From the human T2T-CHM13v2.0 reference genome, Homo sapiens: DNA of 64,000 nucleotides. The notes beneath the pieces were generated by a model. The model saw only the letters and a program-made list of their open reading frames with translations, had not been told where the DNA came from and searched no databases. How positions within the stretch are numbered: the stretch's first letter is position 1; each line of letters opens with the position of its first letter. Both the position numbers and the translations under genes were made by a program. The stretch lies in NCBI RefSeq assembly GCF_009914755.1, contig NC_060940.1; one strand, given 5' to 3'. Shown piece after piece: positions 10,965-23,035 of the stretch.

Positions 10965-13900
10965 AGTGAGAACCTGCAAAGTTTGTCTTTCTGTGCCTGG
11001 CTTATTTCACGTAATGTAATATCTCCAGTTCCATCCATGTTGTGTTGCAAATGTCAATCTCATTCTTTTTTATGGCTGAGTAGTACTCCACTATGTATAT
11101 GTACCACCTTTTCTTTATCCATTCATCTGTTGATGAACACTGAGGTTTCTTCCAAATCTGAGCTATCATGAACAGTGCCGCAACACACATGGGAGTGCAG
11201 ATATCTCTTTGATGTACTGATTTCTTTTCTTTTGGATATATACCCATGTACTAGTTCATTCTCACGCTGCTATAAAGAACTGCCCAAGACTGGGTAATTT
11301 ATAAGGGAAAGAGGTTTGATTTACTGCTGTATCCCATAGGTTTTTGTATGTTATGTTTCCATTATCATTTCTTTTAAGAAATGTTTTAATTTCTTAATTT
11401 CTTCACTGACTCACTGGTTATTAAGGAGTGTATTGTTTAATTTCCATGTATTCATGTAGTTTTCAAGATTCCTCTCGTTATTAATTTTTAGTTTTAGTCC
11501 ATTGCAGTCAAAAAAGATGCTTGATATTATCTTAATTTTTTTGAAAGTTTTAAGACTTGTTCTGTGACCTATCACATAGTCTATCCTTGAGAATGATCCA
11601 TGTGCCAAGGAAAAGAATGTGCATTTTGCAGCCATAGGATGAAATGTTCTGTAGATATCTTTTAGATCCATTTGGTCTACAGTGCAGATTAAGTCTAATG
11701 TTGCTTTATTTTGTTTGTTGATTTTCTGTATGGAAGATCTGTCCAGTGCTGAAAGTGGGGTGTTGAAGTCTCCAGCTATTGTATTGGAGCCTCTCACATT
11801 AGCTCTAATAATAGCTGCTTTTTATATACCTGGGTGCTCCAGTGTTGGGTCATATATATTTAAAATTGTTATATTTTCTGCTGAAATGATTCCTTTATCA
11901 TTATACAGTGACCTTCTATATCACTTCTTACAGTTTTTTTCTTGAAATCTATTTTGTCTGATGTAAATATAGCAACTCCTGATCTTTTTTTTGTTTCCAT
12001 TAGCATGGAATATCTTTTTCCATTCCTTTATTTTCAGTCTATGTGTGCATTTATAGGTGAAGTGTGTTTGTTTTAGGCAACAGATCAATGGTTCTTGTGT
12101 TTTCATCCATTCGGCCAGTTGATGTCTTTTGGTTGGAGCATTCAGTCCATTTATATTTAATGTTATTATTGATAAGTAAGGACTTACTCCTGCCATTTTG
12201 TTATTTTTTTTCTGGTTCTTTTGTGGTCTTCTTTTCCTTTTTGCTTTCTTTCCTGTCTTCCTTTAGCACAGGTGATTTTTTTTTCTGGTGATACAATTTA
12301 GTTTTTTGCTTTTTATTTTTTGTGTATCTGTTGTATACTTTTGGTTTGAGTTTGCCATGAGGCTTACAAGTACTATCTTTAACCATTATTTAAACTTGAT
12401 AATAACTTAACACTGTTTGCACAAACAAACAAGCAAAAAGAAAACTAATAAAAACTCTATACCTTAACTTCATCACCCCACTTTTTAACTTTTTGTTGTT
12501 TTTATTTATGTCTTACTGTACTGTCTATATCTTGAAAAGTTGCTGTAGTTATTATTTATGATTGGTTCATCATTTAATCTTTCAACATAAGAGTAGTTTT
12601 CATAACACAGTTACAGTGTTATAATATTCTGTTTTTCTGTGTACTTACCATTACCAGTGAGTTTTCTATCTTCAGGTGATTACTTATTGCTCAGTAACAT
12701 CCTTTTCTTTCTGATTGAAGGACTTTAGCATTTCTTGCAGGACAGGTGTGGTGTTGATGAGATCCCTCAGCTTTTGTTTGAGAAAGTCTTTATTTCTCCT
12801 GCATATTTGAAGGATTATTTCACCAGATATACTATTTGAGGGTAAAAGTTTTATTCCTTCAGCACTTTAAATATGCCATGACACTCTTTCCTGGCCTGTA
12901 AGGTTTCCAGTGGAATGTCTGCTGCCAGATACATTGGAGCTTTATTGCATGTTACTGGTTTCGTTTCTCTTGCTGCTTTTAGGATCCTTTCTTTATGCTT
13001 GATATTTGGGGTTTGATTATTAAATCCCTTGAGGTAGTCTTCTTTGGGTAACATTTGCTTGGTGTTCTATAATCTTCTTGTACTTGGATATTGATATTCC
13101 TCTAGGTTTAGGAAGTTCTCTGTTACTATCCCTTTGAATAAACTTTCTGCCCCTGTCTCTTTCTCTACCTCCTGTTTAAGGCCAATAAGTCTTAAATTTG
13201 CCCTTTTGAGGCTATTTTCTAGATTCTATAGATATGCTTCATTGTTTTTTATTCTTTTGTCTCCTCTGACTGTGTATTTTCAAGTAGCCTGCGTGCAAGG
13301 TCACTAATTCTTCTGCTTGATCAATTGTGCTATTAAAAGACTCTCATGCATTCTTAGTATGCTAATTGCATTTTTCAGCTCCAACATTTCTGCTTGACTC
13401 TTTTTATTATTTCAATCTCTTTGTTAAATTTATCTGATAGAATTCTGAATCCCTTCTATGTGTTTTCTTGAATTTCTTTGAGTTTCCTCAACACGACAAT
13501 TTTGAATTGTCTGTTTGAAAGATCACATCTCTCTGTTTCTCCAGGATTAGTCCCTGGTGGCTTACTTAGTTTATTTGGTGAGGTCTGTTTTCCTAGATGG
13601 CATTGATGCTGTTAGATGTTCTTTGGTGTCTGGGCACTGAAGAGTTAGGTATTGATTGTAGTCTTCACTGCCTAGGCTTGTTTCTACCCATCCTTCTTGG
13701 GAAGGCTTTCTAGATATTTGAAAGGGTGTGGTGGTCTAAGCTGTGTCTGCTTTAGGGGGCACCCCAAGCACCGTAACACTGTGGTTCTTGCCAACTCATA
13801 GAGGTACCACCTTGATGGTCTTGGACAAGTTCCGGAAAATTCTCTGGATTACAGGCAGAGACTCTTGTTTTCTTTCCTTACTTTCTCTTAAACAAACAGT

Positions 13901-15662
13901 ATCTCTCTCTGTTCTGAACCACCTAAAGCTGGGTGTGGAGTCACACTGGCACCCCTGTGGACACCACCACTGTGACTGCACTGGGTCAGACCTGAAACCA
14001 GCACAGCCCTGGGTTTCACTTAAGGCCTCCTGTAACTACTACCTGGCTACTGTCTGTTTGCTCAAGGCCCTCAGGCTCTACAGTCAGCAGGTAGCAAAAC
14101 CAGTCAGCCTTGTGTTCTTCTCTTCAGGGTGATGAGTTCCCCTAGGCCCCATTTGGATCAAGAGGTACCATCTGGGAGTCAGGGACTAGAGTGAAAACCT
14201 TAAAAGTCTGCTTGGTATTCTGTTGTACTGAGGCTGAGCTGACACTCTAACCACAAGACACAGTCCTTCCCCTTCTTCCCTCCCCCTTCCAAAGGCAGAA
14301 GAGCCTCACCCCCTTAGCCACCACCACCACAGGCCACGAGGAGTACTGCCAGACTACTGCTGGTATTTTCTTAAATCTCAAGGACTCTTAAGTCAGCTTG
14401 TGGTGAATGCTCCCTGGCCTGAGACTCACCCTTCAGAGCAGTGGGCTCCCCTCTGGCCCAGGGCAGGTCCGGCAATGACATCCAAGAGTCATATTCTACA
14501 ACTGGGGACCCAAAGAGCTTGCCTGATGCTCTACCCCCTTGTGGTTGTGCTCGTATCTAAGGTGCAAACAACATCCCCTTTACTTTTCCTCTGCTTTTTT
14601 TAAGCAGACGGAGCTTTGTCCCCTAGCCACCGCAGCTGGGAATGTGTTGAGTCTCACCAGCAAGTCTCAGAGGCTCACTCAATGTCCTTGACATAGTACC
14701 TAGTTATCACTGCTGGTTATTCCTGGTTCAAGGGCTCTTCAGTTAGCAGGTGATGAATGCTGACAGAACTGGGTCCTTTCCTTCAAGGCAGCTGTTTCCC
14801 TTCTGGCCCAGGGTGTGTCTAGAAATATCATCTGTGAGCTAGGGCCTGGAATGAGGGCCTCAGGATTCTGCCCAATGCCCTATCCTGCTGTGGCTGAGCT
14901 GATGTCCAAGATGCAAGACAAAGTCCTCCCCACTATTGTTTCTCCTCTCCTCTTCTCAAGCAGAAGAAAGGGGTCTATTTTTGAGCTGTGAACTGTGCAA
15001 CCTGGGATTTGGGGACGGGTGATGCCAGCATTCCCTTGGCTGCCCCAGCTGGTGTCTCCATATGTCTCATGCCCCCACAGTCCATTGTCTCTGGGCCGAT
15101 TTCAACACTAGGACTCTCCTAAGAGTTTCAGACCTTGTGGCCTAGACTGTCTTTCAAGTTTACTTGGAGACTCAGAGCAATTTACCCCCTTGGTGGTGAG
15201 GTTTATGAAAACTCAAGTTCAGACCGCTGGGTTCTGCAATTCCCCTCTGGCTAAAGGTTTTCCCCTCTGGCTAGAGGTTCTGCAATTCCCCTCTGGCTCT
15301 GGTTTATATGCTCCCTCCATGGGTGGCTGACTTTGGTCTGGTTTTCGTTTCTGCTCAAACAGGATAGCACTGAGTTCAATGCCTCACAGCTGCTGTGCTC
15401 TCCCTCCCCTGGCACCCAGAGATACTCTCCACACCATGCCAATGCTGCTGCTGGGAGTATAGGAGGGAGAGGGGTGGCATCAATGATTCAGGAGTGTTTT
15501 TGCTATCTTTTCAGGGATATGAAGTTAAAACCAGGTACTATGAGGGCCCACCTGATTTTTTGTTCTTATGAAGGTGTATTTTTCTCTGTAGAGAGTTGTT
15601 ACCTTGGTACCCTTGCAGCAGAGATGATGGGTGGAGCCTTCTATTCTGCCATCTTGCTCTGC
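10965..15662 (-). mobile_element. Old L1 (L1MA/L1M1-2-like) with its 5' end, ORF1 and ORF2 endonuclease; RT region deleted
   Basis: Minus-strand start 'gcagagcaagatggcagaatagaagg' near 15662. ORF1 remnant at 12851-13054 (KERILKAARE). ORF2 endonuclease remnants at 11411-12196 (TLNINGLN, GDFNTPLS, SRIDY). ORF2 C-terminus and 3'UTR at 10965-11246. Confidence 0.95.
11247..11325 (-). mobile_element. THE1/MST LTR terminal stub inside the L1
   Basis: 'tgtactagttcattctcacgctgctataaagaactgcccaagactgggtaatttataagggaaagaggtttgatttact'. Confidence 0.88.
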
Positions 15663-15903
15663 GTCATTGAGTTGTGGTATTTCCAGTTGCTTTTTCTAAA
15701 TCCTGTCTCTAAAACAAAGCAACCAACCTTACTGGAAACATTTTGTTCAGAAAAGGCTCAATGAGCACTAAAAATGTACCAGGAAACAAAAGGAAGTCAG
15801 CATGTATTTCGAAAATCTTTCTGGAGAAGACTCATAGACTAAACATGAATAAACCCAGACAATTATTTCTAGAGTCTAACACTGACCAAATAACGTTTTA
15901 CAG

Positions 15904-15963
15904 CCTTGGTGTATTTTGAAGAGGGAGTCATTACTGCCAACACGAGTATTTTCATAAATTTCA
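15904..15963 (+). pseudogene. Candidate linker exon (LVYFEEGVITANTSIFINF)
   Basis: Acceptor 'aacgttttacag', donor 'tca|gtaatt' (alternative at 15945). Phase 1-1, open. Confidence 0.45.
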
Positions 15964-16063
15964 GTAATTTTTTATTATTATTATTTGCTTCTTAACTTCT
16001 AATTTCAGGTTAGGAATGTATTTAAATTTGTTTATTTTTTTTTTTTGGACTTTTCCTTTCAAG

Positions 16064-16130
16064 CTGGGCATCCCTTGCTATGCCCTTCAATGTGGGGAGA
16101 GGCTTTCAATCAAAGATTTATCTTTACTGC
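16064..16130 (+). pseudogene. Candidate exon (GHPLLCPSMWGEAFNQRFIFT)
   Basis: Strong T-tract with 'ttttcctttcaag' acceptor, donor 'tgc|gtaatt'. Phase 1-2, open. Confidence 0.5.
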
Positions 16131-16960
16131 GTAATTACTCATCATGCAATTGTGTTGTCTGTGACTATTCTGAAATATTCATAGTACGTTAATTGTTGTA
16201 CCTGGATAACAGATCTCAGCAGCAGCATATTCTGATTAGGGTATCGCTCAAGTTTATTATATACCAACTATATCTTCAGCACCAACTAGCATTCTGCCCT
16301 GTGGCACAGGTACAAAGTGCCCTAAAAGTCCCTGGTTTCAGAAAAACAAAGTGAGCAGTAACACAGAAATTCAGTAATTATTTGTAATGTAGAAGGAGGC
16401 AAAGGACATAACAAAATAATAAAATACTACATATCAAAGACATTCCTCTTTGGCGTGTGGAAAAATGCAAGTGAAAAAACAATTTATTTTGTGCTCCCTA
16501 CCTCCTATATACCTGGCAGTGTGAGAGGAGTATGAGATACAAAAATATACATTTCAATAAAACATCATCCTAGTCATCAAGGAATGCATTGCCAAACTGG
16601 GGCCAAAAGCCTAAAAAGAGGGCATTTCAATAAAGGAAGGTCTATGTTCTGAAAGGAATAACAGGATACTTTGTTAAGTGAATGGTGGTCAGAAAACCCC
16701 TTCCTGGAGAAGACGATTCCTGAACCAAAGCTGTAAGGCCGAGTAGACAAATGGCATTGGTGAATTAAGGTTATGTCCTAAATAAGCACGTTTTCCCCCA
16801 GGAAAATTCTAGACACTTTTGTTCCTAGCATCAGGTTAAGAATGCTATTTCTTCAGAGTCAATAATAAATGAGTACTTTTTTTAAAAAATTCAAGTTGAT
16901 GTATGAAAACGTTATCTTACTTGGAGTTTTAATATGCAAATACAGAACTTTTAACATTAG

Positions 16961-17494
16961 TGGTGACATTGCCTTAGGAGAGTCTGAAGAAAAACTAAGG
17001 CTGCAATCATAAGGCAAGCAGATTATAACCCTGTGGAGGCTGGCAACCAAGGAGCAAGAGATCTGAGAATGTTCTTTCTAAATCCAACATCTTACACAAG
17101 TCTTGTGGCTTAAAGTTATCTAGTGAAGATTAGCAAAGTGGATCCAATAATGAGCTTTTGTTAAAAAATGGAAGATTTTAGTTGCAAGCTACATTTCAAA
17201 AAGAGCACGTTTTACATACTAGAACTTTTAAAAAGTTTATTTCAGGTTGAAGAATTATATTTTCATAGTATTCTAGCATAATCATGCTACTTAAGGAATG
17301 AGATTTTTAACAAAGCCATATTCAATAGCGCTGTACTGCTTCATAATCATGGTAGTGATAAATATCGTTTCACAGATGGGATTTGAATATTGTTTGTTCA
17401 ACTGATTATCATTTTAATATTCCTGAAATTCTTTCATTATATGACATGCACAAAAACCAGACTTTATCAATGTAATCAACTCTAATATCACTAG
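16961..17494 (+). pseudogene. Disabled kinase-like exon (subdomains I-IX)
   Basis: Pieced across about three frameshifts: GDIALGESEEKLRLQS*GKQII.../ENVLSKSNILHKSCGL.../IMSFC*KMEDFSCKLH...ILELLKSLFQVEELYFHSILA*SCYL.../CSTDYHFNIPEILSLYDMHKNQTLSM*STLISL. Donor 'tag|gttaat', phase 1. Confidence 0.55.
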
Positions 17495-17589
17495 GTTAAT
17501 GTTTATTGATTATTTTAATTTTCCTTTTAAAAGTTTTTCGTTTCATTTTGATATTGCAAAATAACTAAAGGATATTGCCAGAGTTGCTA

Positions 17590-19790
17590 ATGAATATAGA
17601 AACTTAGTATATGATAAAGGCTTCATGTCAAAGCAGTAGAGAAATTTAAAAGAAAAAGATTAATTCTTTTCTAAAAATAGTATGAGATCATTGCTTAGTA
17701 GTGTAGAGAAAGATAAAATGAAAGCGTACAAATAGTAGAAGAATGCATGGATGCATTCCTCTATAAGCTAGGAATAGAAAAAGCTTTTCTTAAATATGAC
17801 CCAAAATCTAGGAACAATTTGCTGAAAGAAAAATAAAAGTGCTGACATTAAAAAATCACGTAAAAATGCCAGAGCAAATGAAACGACAAATGAAAAACCG
17901 GGAAAATATTTGTGACTTATATTAGACCAAAGGGTCAATGTACCTAGTATATGAAGAGCATCCAAAAATAGAGAACATTGTAAGATAAGAATGGAGAAGA
18001 GGCATGCACGAAGAGTTCACTGGAAAACTAATACAAATGGCCCTTAAAAATAAAGATGCTCAGTCTTACTCAAAAATAAGATAAATGCACATTAAAAATA
18101 CTTTGTAATATTATTTATCACCTATCATCACCTTTCCATCACCTGTTGGTGGGGGAGAGGGTTTGACCACTCACTTGGTTGACAAGATTTGAAGAAACAT
18201 TGCTGGTAGGAATCAAAATGTTAATGAAATGAAAATATTAATAGGATGAAAAATAGCATAACACGTATACAAGAAAATCTAGCAAGACATAACAGAACTG
18301 CATGAACATTAATTTTGTGTTTGACCTTAGTAGTGGGATAAAATTACCTTTTTATTAAATGCTGCTATGTTCCTGCTTAATAAAGTATAAAAGCTAATCT
18401 GAAGGGATCAAACTGCTTTCAAGTAACTTAATCCCTACAAGTCAAAAGCAAAGTGAAACAGACAAACCTAACTACCAAAGTGATTGCTTGACAACCCAGA
18501 AAGTATTTATTTCAAGTGAATTTAAAACACAGCAATCTGACTAGTGGCATAAGTCCTTAGGATAAAAGCAAAATTAAGAAATCTTAGATTGTTTTGAGTA
18601 ATATGAGTTGTAATAATATTGATATGGTTAATCTGAAACTATGATATATACACACAAGCACACCTAGACATACACATAGTTGAATAAAGGAAGCGAGGGA
18701 TAATATTAATACTTTATTGTAAATATATATACATAATCAAAGAAGTTAAAATGTATAATTCTACATTTAAATTCAAAATATCAGTATGAACATATTTTTT
18801 CCCCTCTGGAAAAAACAAAAACATATTCCTAACTACATCCATTGAAAAAGCCTAGAAATAATTACCCAGACCAGGAACAGTGAGCCCCTAGCACCCAGAT
18901 TTTTTAATGTAAATATCATTTCTCACTAAAGTGAACCAAGACATTTGGAATAAGTAGCTGATTCAGGTGAGTCTGGAGCATTTTACATGAGAAATCACAT
19001 GTGTTAACAAAGATGGGACACTTTGGCATCAGAAAGAATAACCTGCAATGCATGAAAACATACACAAAATGTTAAATCTAAAAATTTATAATTTAAAAAC
19101 CCAATTGTTACTTTTGGAGAAGGCTAAGGAATCAGCTTATTATTCTGAAAAGCAGTAAGCCAAGGGGAAGTACATAACAATTATTATGCCTTGACTTGGT
19201 TTCCTCAATGTAATCGAACCGCTGATTAGATAAATAAATATATATGTGATTCCAGTTGTTAAGACAGAAGTTATAATGAACAATTATTGTTTTTCCACTT
19301 GATAAAACTATTGGTTCTAGGGACTGTTCAGTGATAACTAATATGTTACATAAAAAATGGAGAAGTTTATAATGGATGGATCAAGCTGACATCACTAGAA
19401 TTTACTCATTAAATATCATGAAAGAGGAAGCCAGACATTAATTGTCCCTTGATGTGTTACAATAGAAGTGCCATGATGCCACCTATAGGATGCTCTTGCC
19501 AAAACATTGGCCCTAAATCTCATCAAGCCTTTAGATGTAACCACAGTTTATATAACACACCAAGGAGAGCGGGACATGCCAACTAAAACCATGATATTGC
19601 AATCCTCAAAACTCAGAATGTGGAATATTCCACAAGACCAACAATCTTGACTCCTCAACAAATAAATTACAGAAAAATAATAAATACGGAAACCTATTGA
19701 TTAATACATCCTTAAAGACATAGCCAAATTCAGTGGGTTGATCTTACTTGAATTTTGATTTAAAACATATTATATATGCATATAATGATA
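17590..19790 (+). mobile_element. Ancient L1 (L1MC/L1ME) ORF2 end and 3'UTR, degraded
   Basis: 'atgacccaaaatctaggaac', 'aaagatgctcagtcttactcaaaaataag', and L1MC-type 3'UTR motifs. Confidence 0.75.
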
Positions 19791-20000
19791 GCTGGGTGTA
19801 TAGTTATGGTCAAAATGATAAGTCATAGATTTCAGACATTATAGATGTTGCAGAAAAGAAGACACAGTCCCTGGCCCCAAGGAACTTAAAATCCATTATA
19901 AATGGGAGTGAAAAGAGTCTGAGAGTGAAGCTTTTTCTATTAACCGAGTTAATCTTCCATTGCATTCTCCACCACAGCACTTTATAAATCTTCTCTAGAA

Positions 20001-20460
20001 CTGTGCTGTCCCTAATGTTATCTACTAGCCACATGTGGGTGTTAAGCCATTCAGTGGAGCTAGTGTGTCTGAGAAAACACATTTTTTATTTTTATTTAAA
20101 TTCAAAAATCAGTGCTCATTTAAGTTATTGGAAATATTTTAAATGTAATTGGAACAGCATGAGTTTGCAAATCTACTTTTCAACGGCAAATTTTATGAAA
20201 TCTTAATACAGCTCATGTATTTCTAAGGAAGATTTAGTGTTCAAATTAAGATGTGCCATAATTATGAAATAGACACCTGATTTTGAAGGTTTGGTATATG
20301 ATAAATTTTGTGAAATAGCTCATTCTTATTTTTATATTGATTACATATTTAAATGATAATTTTTATATACAAATTAAGTACAAGTATTACTAAATTCATT
20401 TCTTTTTTACTGTATTAATGTTGCTATCAGCAACTTTAAATGTGTGATTTATAATTTTAA
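20001..20460 (-). mobile_element. Charlie5/MER33-related hAT DNA transposon; its other terminus is displaced to 20668-20718
   Basis: Terminus 'ctgtgctgtcc...ctagccacatgtgg' preceded by target 'ctctagaa'. Internal MER33/Charlie5-like sequence. Confidence 0.8.
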
Positions 20461-20519
20461 ATGATAAATGCATAACTTATCATTTTAGATTATAAAATTT
20501 TAAATTTGGATCTTTTCTT

Positions 20520-20667
20520 TTTTCCAGTATTTATTGAGTGTTTACTATATGTCAAGTTCTATTTAAAGATGAAGAGACTACAGTTTCTGCCCTCAAGGAG
20601 CTTAAAGTCTAGTGGGTGAGGGAGACATTTAATTAAACATTACCACTTATTCTGATAAATGCTAGAG
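20520..20667 (-). mobile_element. L2 3' end (probably an inverted continuation of the L2 at about 19950-20000)
   Basis: 'tatttattgagtgtttactatatgtcaag...ctgccctcaaggagcttaaagtctag'. Confidence 0.8.
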
Positions 20668-20908
20668 CAGCACTGTCCAACAGAAACATAATGCACAACA
20701 CATTATAATTTTAAAATCTGAGTTATCATATAAGACTCAAATGGTGCAGTATCTTCTTTCCAAAGATGCTGCAGGTGTCCCGGACCACACTGCTGCTTCT
20801 CCAATAGCACCCTCTGCCAAGCACACTGACTTGGCCAGAAGTCCTGGGTATACACCCCACCCATGCTGCCCTTTTTGTGCTGAGTTTTCTCTTCTCTTCT
20901 TGACTTAG

Positions 20909-20978
20909 AAGAAATGTTCTTGGGGGATAGGATCTGGCTTCAAATGAATCTTGATAATATTATGCCTCCAAGATTTAG
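20909..20978 (+). pseudogene. Kinase-like exon (EMFLGDRIWLQMNLDNIMPPRF)
   Basis: Pyrimidine tract 'ttttctcttctcttcttgacttag', donor 'tag|gtatat'. Phase 1-2, open. Resembles subdomain IX 'E..TG..PW'. Confidence 0.6.
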
Positions 20979-21341
20979 GTATATTTCCTGCTCTGCAGCG
21001 TAATTTAGTCGGTCTTGAGTGATGCAAATTATCCATCTATCATCTATATACCTATCTATCTATGTTTGTATCTATCTGCATAGCTTCTCTGTTCCTACCA
21101 TAAGTTATACTCATCTTTCTCTCTGCCTTAGTTCATGCTGCTTCCCTTACCTAAAAGCCATTTTCTCAGCTTTACTCTAATCCACTGTTTTATAAGAGTG
21201 TGTTGTAGGACTGTTGTTCTCCCTTTTCCCTGAACTCCCAGCTAGCTTCTGTGGAAATTGTGACATACTTTTCTGCAACTAACCACTTAATTTATTTTCT
21301 TTTAAAAAATAATAATAGTAATTGTATATTTATTTCTTCAG

Positions 21342-21450
21342 ACCCCTCTTTTGAGACCTTTTGCCTCTCTGTGCCTTCATGAAGTCTAATCGATGCCCTC
21401 TATCGGAGCTTTGCAGAGTGCTGGAGCAGCATCAATCCTTTTGAACAGAG
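21342..21450 (+). pseudogene. Kinase-like exon (PLF*DLLPLCAFMKSNRCPLSELCRVLEQHQSF*TE)
   Basis: Acceptor 'tatttcttcag', donor 'gag|gtttgg'. Phase 2-0. Subdomain XI-like C...R..SEL...LE. Two TGA codons (21352, 21442) are consistent with CGA decay. Confidence 0.6.
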
Positions 21451-21584
21451 GTTTGGCTGCCATCGCGCAGGGCCAGGACTCAGGCCAGGAAAGTGAGGTG
21501 CTTAGGCTGCGCACTTCACAGCATCACAGGGTTGTTCAAGTGCTGATGTTGAGCCACAAATAGTCTAATATTACTGAAAACTTA

Positions 21585-21990
21585 GGGATAAGGATGTGGA
21601 ATAGTGAGAGGTCAGACTGGACAGGCAGGTGAGGGCCTGATCATGGACAGCCTTCTATGTCCTGGAATGCAATCAGACTCTATCCTCAAAGCAAAGTGGA
21701 GCCAAGTGCAGTGTGGATCAGGAGAGAAACGTGATTTCAGATGGGCATGTTAGAATGACTGACTTCATATCAGCCTAGAGAATCAGCTGGAAAGAGCAAG
21801 AAACCAAAGACAGAAAAGAGTTTAGACTGTGTCATCCATGGTGGTAGCAGTAAAAATAGAAGAGAAGATTATTCAAGATATCAATGATGAAGACTTGAGA
21901 GGATGAGGAAGGAATCAAGGCAAGGAGATCAAGAAGACCCCCCATTTCTACTTGGCCTCCTGGGATAATGAAAATCCCATCCACCAAGAT
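21585..21990 (-). mobile_element. L2 fragment
   Basis: Purine-rich antisense L2 motifs ('gaaggaatcaagg...cccatttctacttggcctcctggg'). Confidence 0.6.
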
Positions 21991-22960
21991 GGGTCTTTCA
22001 CAAGGCTGCTGAGGTTACAGCTACGTCTGGAAGACCTAAAAACTATGGGCGTGAAAATGAGGTGGATGGCAATAGAAATGAAGAGAATAGTTCTTAGGTT
22101 CAAAATAATGAGGAAAAAATCCCTTTTCTGGTGATTTTGATAGATGGCCAGATTTGGGAACCATGAAAAACCTAATAACTTGTCTACTTTGTACAACACA
22201 CTTAAAAATTCCATCACTCAGAATACTTCCCTGAGAACCAAAAGTTGACAAGAGGCTCTCACAGGTCCCACCGAACGATCACCCTGTGTGCCACTGCCTG
22301 CCTGCTGCTAAGTCGTTTCCCAGTTGGCAGCTATCAAGGCAGTCATAAGAATGAGTTCCATAAAACTCAGCTGAGAACTATGAAACTGGAGGTGAGGGCT
22401 TTTAGGAAGCAAGGGAGAAACAGCAGCACTTGGACAAACTGCGGGGATAGAAGAACTTTTGGAGATGAATACAATTCCCTGTGAAGAAGAGCTCATACAA
22501 TTAGTCATGTTAAATTGCCAAGGTACATTATCAGCATGAGCCACAGCTGCCCCATCTCAGCGCCAGGGAATGTTATTTTCACTCTTACAGTTACAGCAAG
22601 ACTCTAATTACTGAAAGTGCCGATGTCACCTTAATTATAGTTTTATTTAATGATCACATTGGGCACTGCCGTATGATGTGGGATTTTTTAAAATAAAATA
22701 TGGCAGAGAAGTGGAGGAGGAGAAATTAGCTCTCAATGTATTATCATTCAGCTCATTGGGGGCACACACTTAAGTTATAGCACAAAGAACTCCCATTCAC
22801 AGAGAATGTTGTTGTAATTTAGCATTTGTTGTTTAAGAGATAAGAAAATAGCACATTTTTTAAATGCAAGCTCATGCTTTTCCAGCCAGTCATTATTGGA
22901 AATAATTATCATTCATACCTGTATTTCTCAGGATAGAAACCTGTTAGAAACACAACCGAA

Positions 22961-23035
22961 TTAGAAAGTTCTTACATGTGCTGACAATTTGCAAAATTTT
23001 TGAATGCCCATTGAATAACTGAACCAGGCAGACTC
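22961..23035 (+). repeat. 75-bp unique segment copied to 23977-24051
   Basis: Near-identical direct repeat 'ttagaaagttcttacatgtgctgacaatttgcaaaatttttgaatgcc...gcagactc'. Confidence 0.95.

Noticed and set aside
11411-13054. L1 ORF1/ORF2 peptides as functional CDS
   Set aside because: Fragmented by stops and frameshifts, with the RT domain deleted.
16075-16215. Second degenerate RING (CP/QCGERLSIKDLSLLRNYSSCNCVVCDYS...CCTW) if the exon extends past 16130
   Set aside because: It requires two frameshifts and three non-canonical ligands. Kept only as an alternative reading.
16064-16260. Deltex C-terminal (DTC) domain after the RING: 'GHP...AFNQRFIFT' resembles DTX3/DTX3L 'EHP...AFDQRLTFT'
   Set aside because: It needs roughly 20 residues deleted plus frameshifts, and the GNQP and YPDP motifs are not found. 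The same residues run in frame into the kinase-like exon. Not fully excluded; an HMM search would decide.
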